Below are positions 61,710-64,000 of a stretch of 64,000 bases of DNA, one piece after another. Location of the stretch: positions 224,001-288,000 of the forward strand of contig CBDBKE010000002.1 of NCBI GenBank assembly GCA_965206645.1, given 5' to 3'. A program made the translations under genes and the position numbers. Source of the stretch: Terriglobia bacterium. Its GTDB lineage: Bacteria; Acidobacteriota; Terriglobia; JAJPHL01; JAPKYU01. Each line of letters starts with the position of its first letter. Position 1 is the first letter of the stretch. The notes below the pieces were generated by a model. It saw only the letters and a program-made list of their open reading frames with translations, did no database searches and had not been told where the DNA came from.

Positions 61710-63059
61710 CTAGACCAGTTCGTGGACGGGTATGCCGGTCGCATCGTCAATCGAGTTGGCGATCTTGACCGGCCGCCCAATCGGGCTCATGTAGGTCTTT
61801 TCCCAATCGATGCCCAACGCCTTGTAAATTGTGGCGTAGAGGTCCCCCATGGTGACCTGTCGGTCGGCAACATAAAGTCCTTTGGCGTCGCTGGCACCAA
61901 TGACCTGACCACCGCGGATGCCTCCGCCGCCAATAGCCAGCGACCAGCACTTCGGCCAGTGGTCGCGGCCATGATTCGGATTTTTCAGAGTCCGCCCAAA
62001 CTCACCCATGGCGATGACAATGGTAGACTCCAGCAACCCCCGCTGTTCGAGATCCTCCAACAGCGCGGAAAAGGCCTGATCGAAGGGAGGCGTGAGGTCC
62101 TCACGGAGCCTCCGATCGTTATCCGCGTGGGTATCCCACGCGATGTGTTTGTAGCCCGCTGCCGTCACGAAGCGGCTGCCGGCTTCCACCAGCCGCCGCG
62201 CCAGCAGAACGCTCTGACCGAAGCGGTGGCTGCCATAAGCCTCTTTGGTCTTTTCCGACTCTTTCGAGAGATCAAATGCTTTCTTGACCGAAGGAGTCAG
62301 CAACATTTTTAGGGCTTGGTCCGTGAAGCTGTCCAGCTTCGCGTGTTCGGCCCTCTCCACCCTCCGCCGGTAAAGATCGTCCACCACCTTGAGGAAAGAC
62401 CGCCGATCCGCGATCCGTTCCGTCGAGATCGACTTCGGCAGGATCAGGTCCGGCACCTCGAAGTCTTTCGCGCTGGGGTCGCCCAGGACCATCGGGTCGT
62501 ACTCGGCCCCTGCGAAGCTGGCCTTCATGTACCCCATGATCTGCGGTTCCCTCCCCAGCTCGGGTTCAAAGACGTACGGGGGCACATTGTTCCGGGTTCC
62601 CATCTCCCTGGCAACGATGGAGCCCAAGCTTGGAAAGCGCATCGCCGAACTGGGCCGGTGACCCGTTACCGCGTAGTGAATTGCCTGCGAATGGTTGGTT
62701 TCCTCGGTGTGCATGGAACGAATAATGCCCAGCTTGTCCATATGCCTGGCTACCCGGGGCAGCAGCTCGGAAATCTGGATACCCGCGACGTTCGTAGGAA
62801 TCGGCTTGAAAGCGCTTTCCGGCTTCGGGTCCCAGGTATCATACTGACTGGGCCCTCCTTCCAGCCAGAGCAGGATACAGGCCTTTGCCTTCGCTTTCTT
62901 GCGGGCCTCGCTGACTTCGGCGGCTGCCAGCTGGCTCTCCAGTTCGAAGAATTGTCGCAGACCGATACCCAACATACCCAGTGAGCCGGCGCGGAGGAAG
63001 TATCGCCGTCCCAAGTCAGGTCCTGCACAGTGTGCGCATCCAGCCTTGTCCGTTTTCAT
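61710..63059 (-). CDS. DUF1501 family protein
   Basis: RRYFL; WLEGGPSQYDTWDPKP, WDTH, GEFGRT and GRDHW motifs. Confidence 0.92.
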   Translation of the reverse strand: MKTDKAGCAHCAGPDLGRRYFLRAGSLGMLGIGLRQFFELESQLAAAEVSEARKKAKAKACILLWLEGGPSQYDTWDPKPESAFKPIPTNVAGIQISELLPRVARHMDKLGIIRSMHTEETNHSQAIHYAVTGHRPSSAMRFPSLGSIVAREMGTRNNVPPYVFEPELGREPQIMGYMKASFAGAEYDPMVLGDPSAKDFEVPDLILPKSISTERIADRRSFLKVVDDLYRRRVERAEHAKLDSFTDQALKMLLTPSVKKAFDLSKESEKTKEAYGSHRFGQSVLLARRLVEAGSRFVTAAGYKHIAWDTHADNDRRLREDLTPPFDQAFSALLEDLEQRGLLESTIVIAMGEFGRTLKNPNHGRDHWPKCWSLAIGGGGIRGGQVIGASDAKGLYVADRQVTMGDLYATIYKALGIDWEKTYMSPIGRPVKIANSIDDATGIPVHELV

Positions 63060-63077
63060 TGCTCTTTTCCCTTCCCT

Positions 63078-64000
63078 TCAGTGATTCTCCGAGAACTCTC
63101 GCGACGTCAGCAGTCCCCAGAGCAGATTTTGAAATGCCTCTCTGCGCGAGGATTGCTCGGAAACCATCTTTTCCAGTCTTGAGCGCTCCTGCTGCGTTGG
63201 AAACCGCGAAAGTGTCAAAAGGTAAAGCTCCTCGATGAGCTTCGCGTTGGAAGCCTCGCTTTCAAGCTTGCCCTCGACTTCTGCCAAGAACTTCTCCTGC
63301 AACATCTGCTCCAGCCGGGCTCCCGGCTTCGCGATCTTGTCGATGAAGGTATAGCCAGCCAGCATGTGCAGCGCCTGTCCCAGACTTACCTCGCCTGTCC
63401 GCTCCGGCACTATAGTCCGAACCATGGGCTGGCCGTAGAGGCTCAAAACTCGGGATACAAATATGTCGGGTACCTTCACATTGATCGCCCGTGTCCCGAT
63501 CTCCAGAGTGCCCGGCTTGTCGTGGCTCTGCTCGAATACCTCCGGCACACCTGTCACGTAAGAGATCACGTCGATCAGCACTTCTGCATCCAGGAGCCGC
63601 GGCAGAGCGTGAGAATAGTTGATGCGGTCGTCCTTGTTGGTCTCGTTCGGCTGGCTGGAAAGCTGGTAGGTCCGGGAGTTGACGATCGTGCGCATCAGAC
63701 GCCTCAGGTCATAGCCGTGATCTCGGAAGTCCTTGGCCAGCGCCTGAAGCAGCTCCGGATGCGTCGCCGGATTGGTCGAGCGGAAATCATCCACCGGATC
63801 CACAATTCCTCTTCCGAAGAAATAACCCCAGAACCGGTTCACCGCAGCCTCGGCGAAGTAGGGGTGGGAAACCATCCATTCCGCCAGCTTCAGTCGCGGG
63901 TCCACCTGATCCTCTTCGAGCAAAACTGTGCCATCGAGAAAGGTTGGCTTGACCTCCTGCTTGGTCTTGGGATGTAGAACCTTCTTCTCCCTGCCAATCG
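63078..64000 (-). CDS. DUF1553 (PSD1) domain protein, 5' truncated by the window edge
   Basis: VNRFWGYFFGRGIVDPVDD, HPELL, IVNSRTYQ and WGLLTSREF motifs. Confidence 0.9.
   Translation of the reverse strand, partial: IGREKKVLHPKTKQEVKPTFLDGTVLLEEDQVDPRLKLAEWMVSHPYFAEAAVNRFWGYFFGRGIVDPVDDFRSTNPATHPELLQALAKDFRDHGYDLRRLMRTIVNSRTYQLSSQPNETNKDDRINYSHALPRLLDAEVLIDVISYVTGVPEVFEQSHDKPGTLEIGTRAINVKVPDIFVSRVLSLYGQPMVRTIVPERTGEVSLGQALHMLAGYTFIDKIAKPGARLEQMLQEKFLAEVEGKLESEASNAKLIEELYLLTLSRFPTQQERSRLEKMVSEQSSRREAFQNLLWGLLTSREFSENH

Overview
A GC-rich bacterial chromosomal window. The 16S rRNA gene and gene content (Oar-like TonB receptor fragment, BACON/SBBP surface proteins, DUF1501/DUF1553) point to Acidobacteriota. 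Core content: a his operon (hisI-G-D-C-B-H-F-A) under a His-rich leader peptide and attenuator; a rimO-yacG-pgpA-cinA-ADP-ribosylhydrolase-thpR run; uvrB; a peptidoglycan-recycling cluster (serine hydrolase, SSS transporter, murQ, nagA, murA); fdhA; and a stand-alone 16S rRNA gene. Features the ORF track misses or miscalls: (1) an archaeal-type iRadA-PPB2-PolB2 polymerase cassette with a direct repeat inside its promoter; (2) two selenoprotein genes, an exported HMA protein with GMTUNAC and an FmdB zinc-ribbon protein ending FTUVR, whose SECIS-like hairpins have GGT at the same offset from UGA; (3) a duplicated module of a 68-bp conserved upstream block plus a 56-58 aa small ORF under apparent purifying selection, each copy ATGA-coupled to the next ORF, one of which is a REC-PilZ-GGDEF cyclase; (4) an internally deleted IS256 with an 8-bp target duplication splitting a TPR-GAF-GGDEF gene; (5) a family of 9-nt-periodic palindromic repeats, one inside a coding sequence; and (6) many short tandem duplications and several frameshifted or deleted genes. 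All calls are from reading the sequence by eye; no database searches were run.
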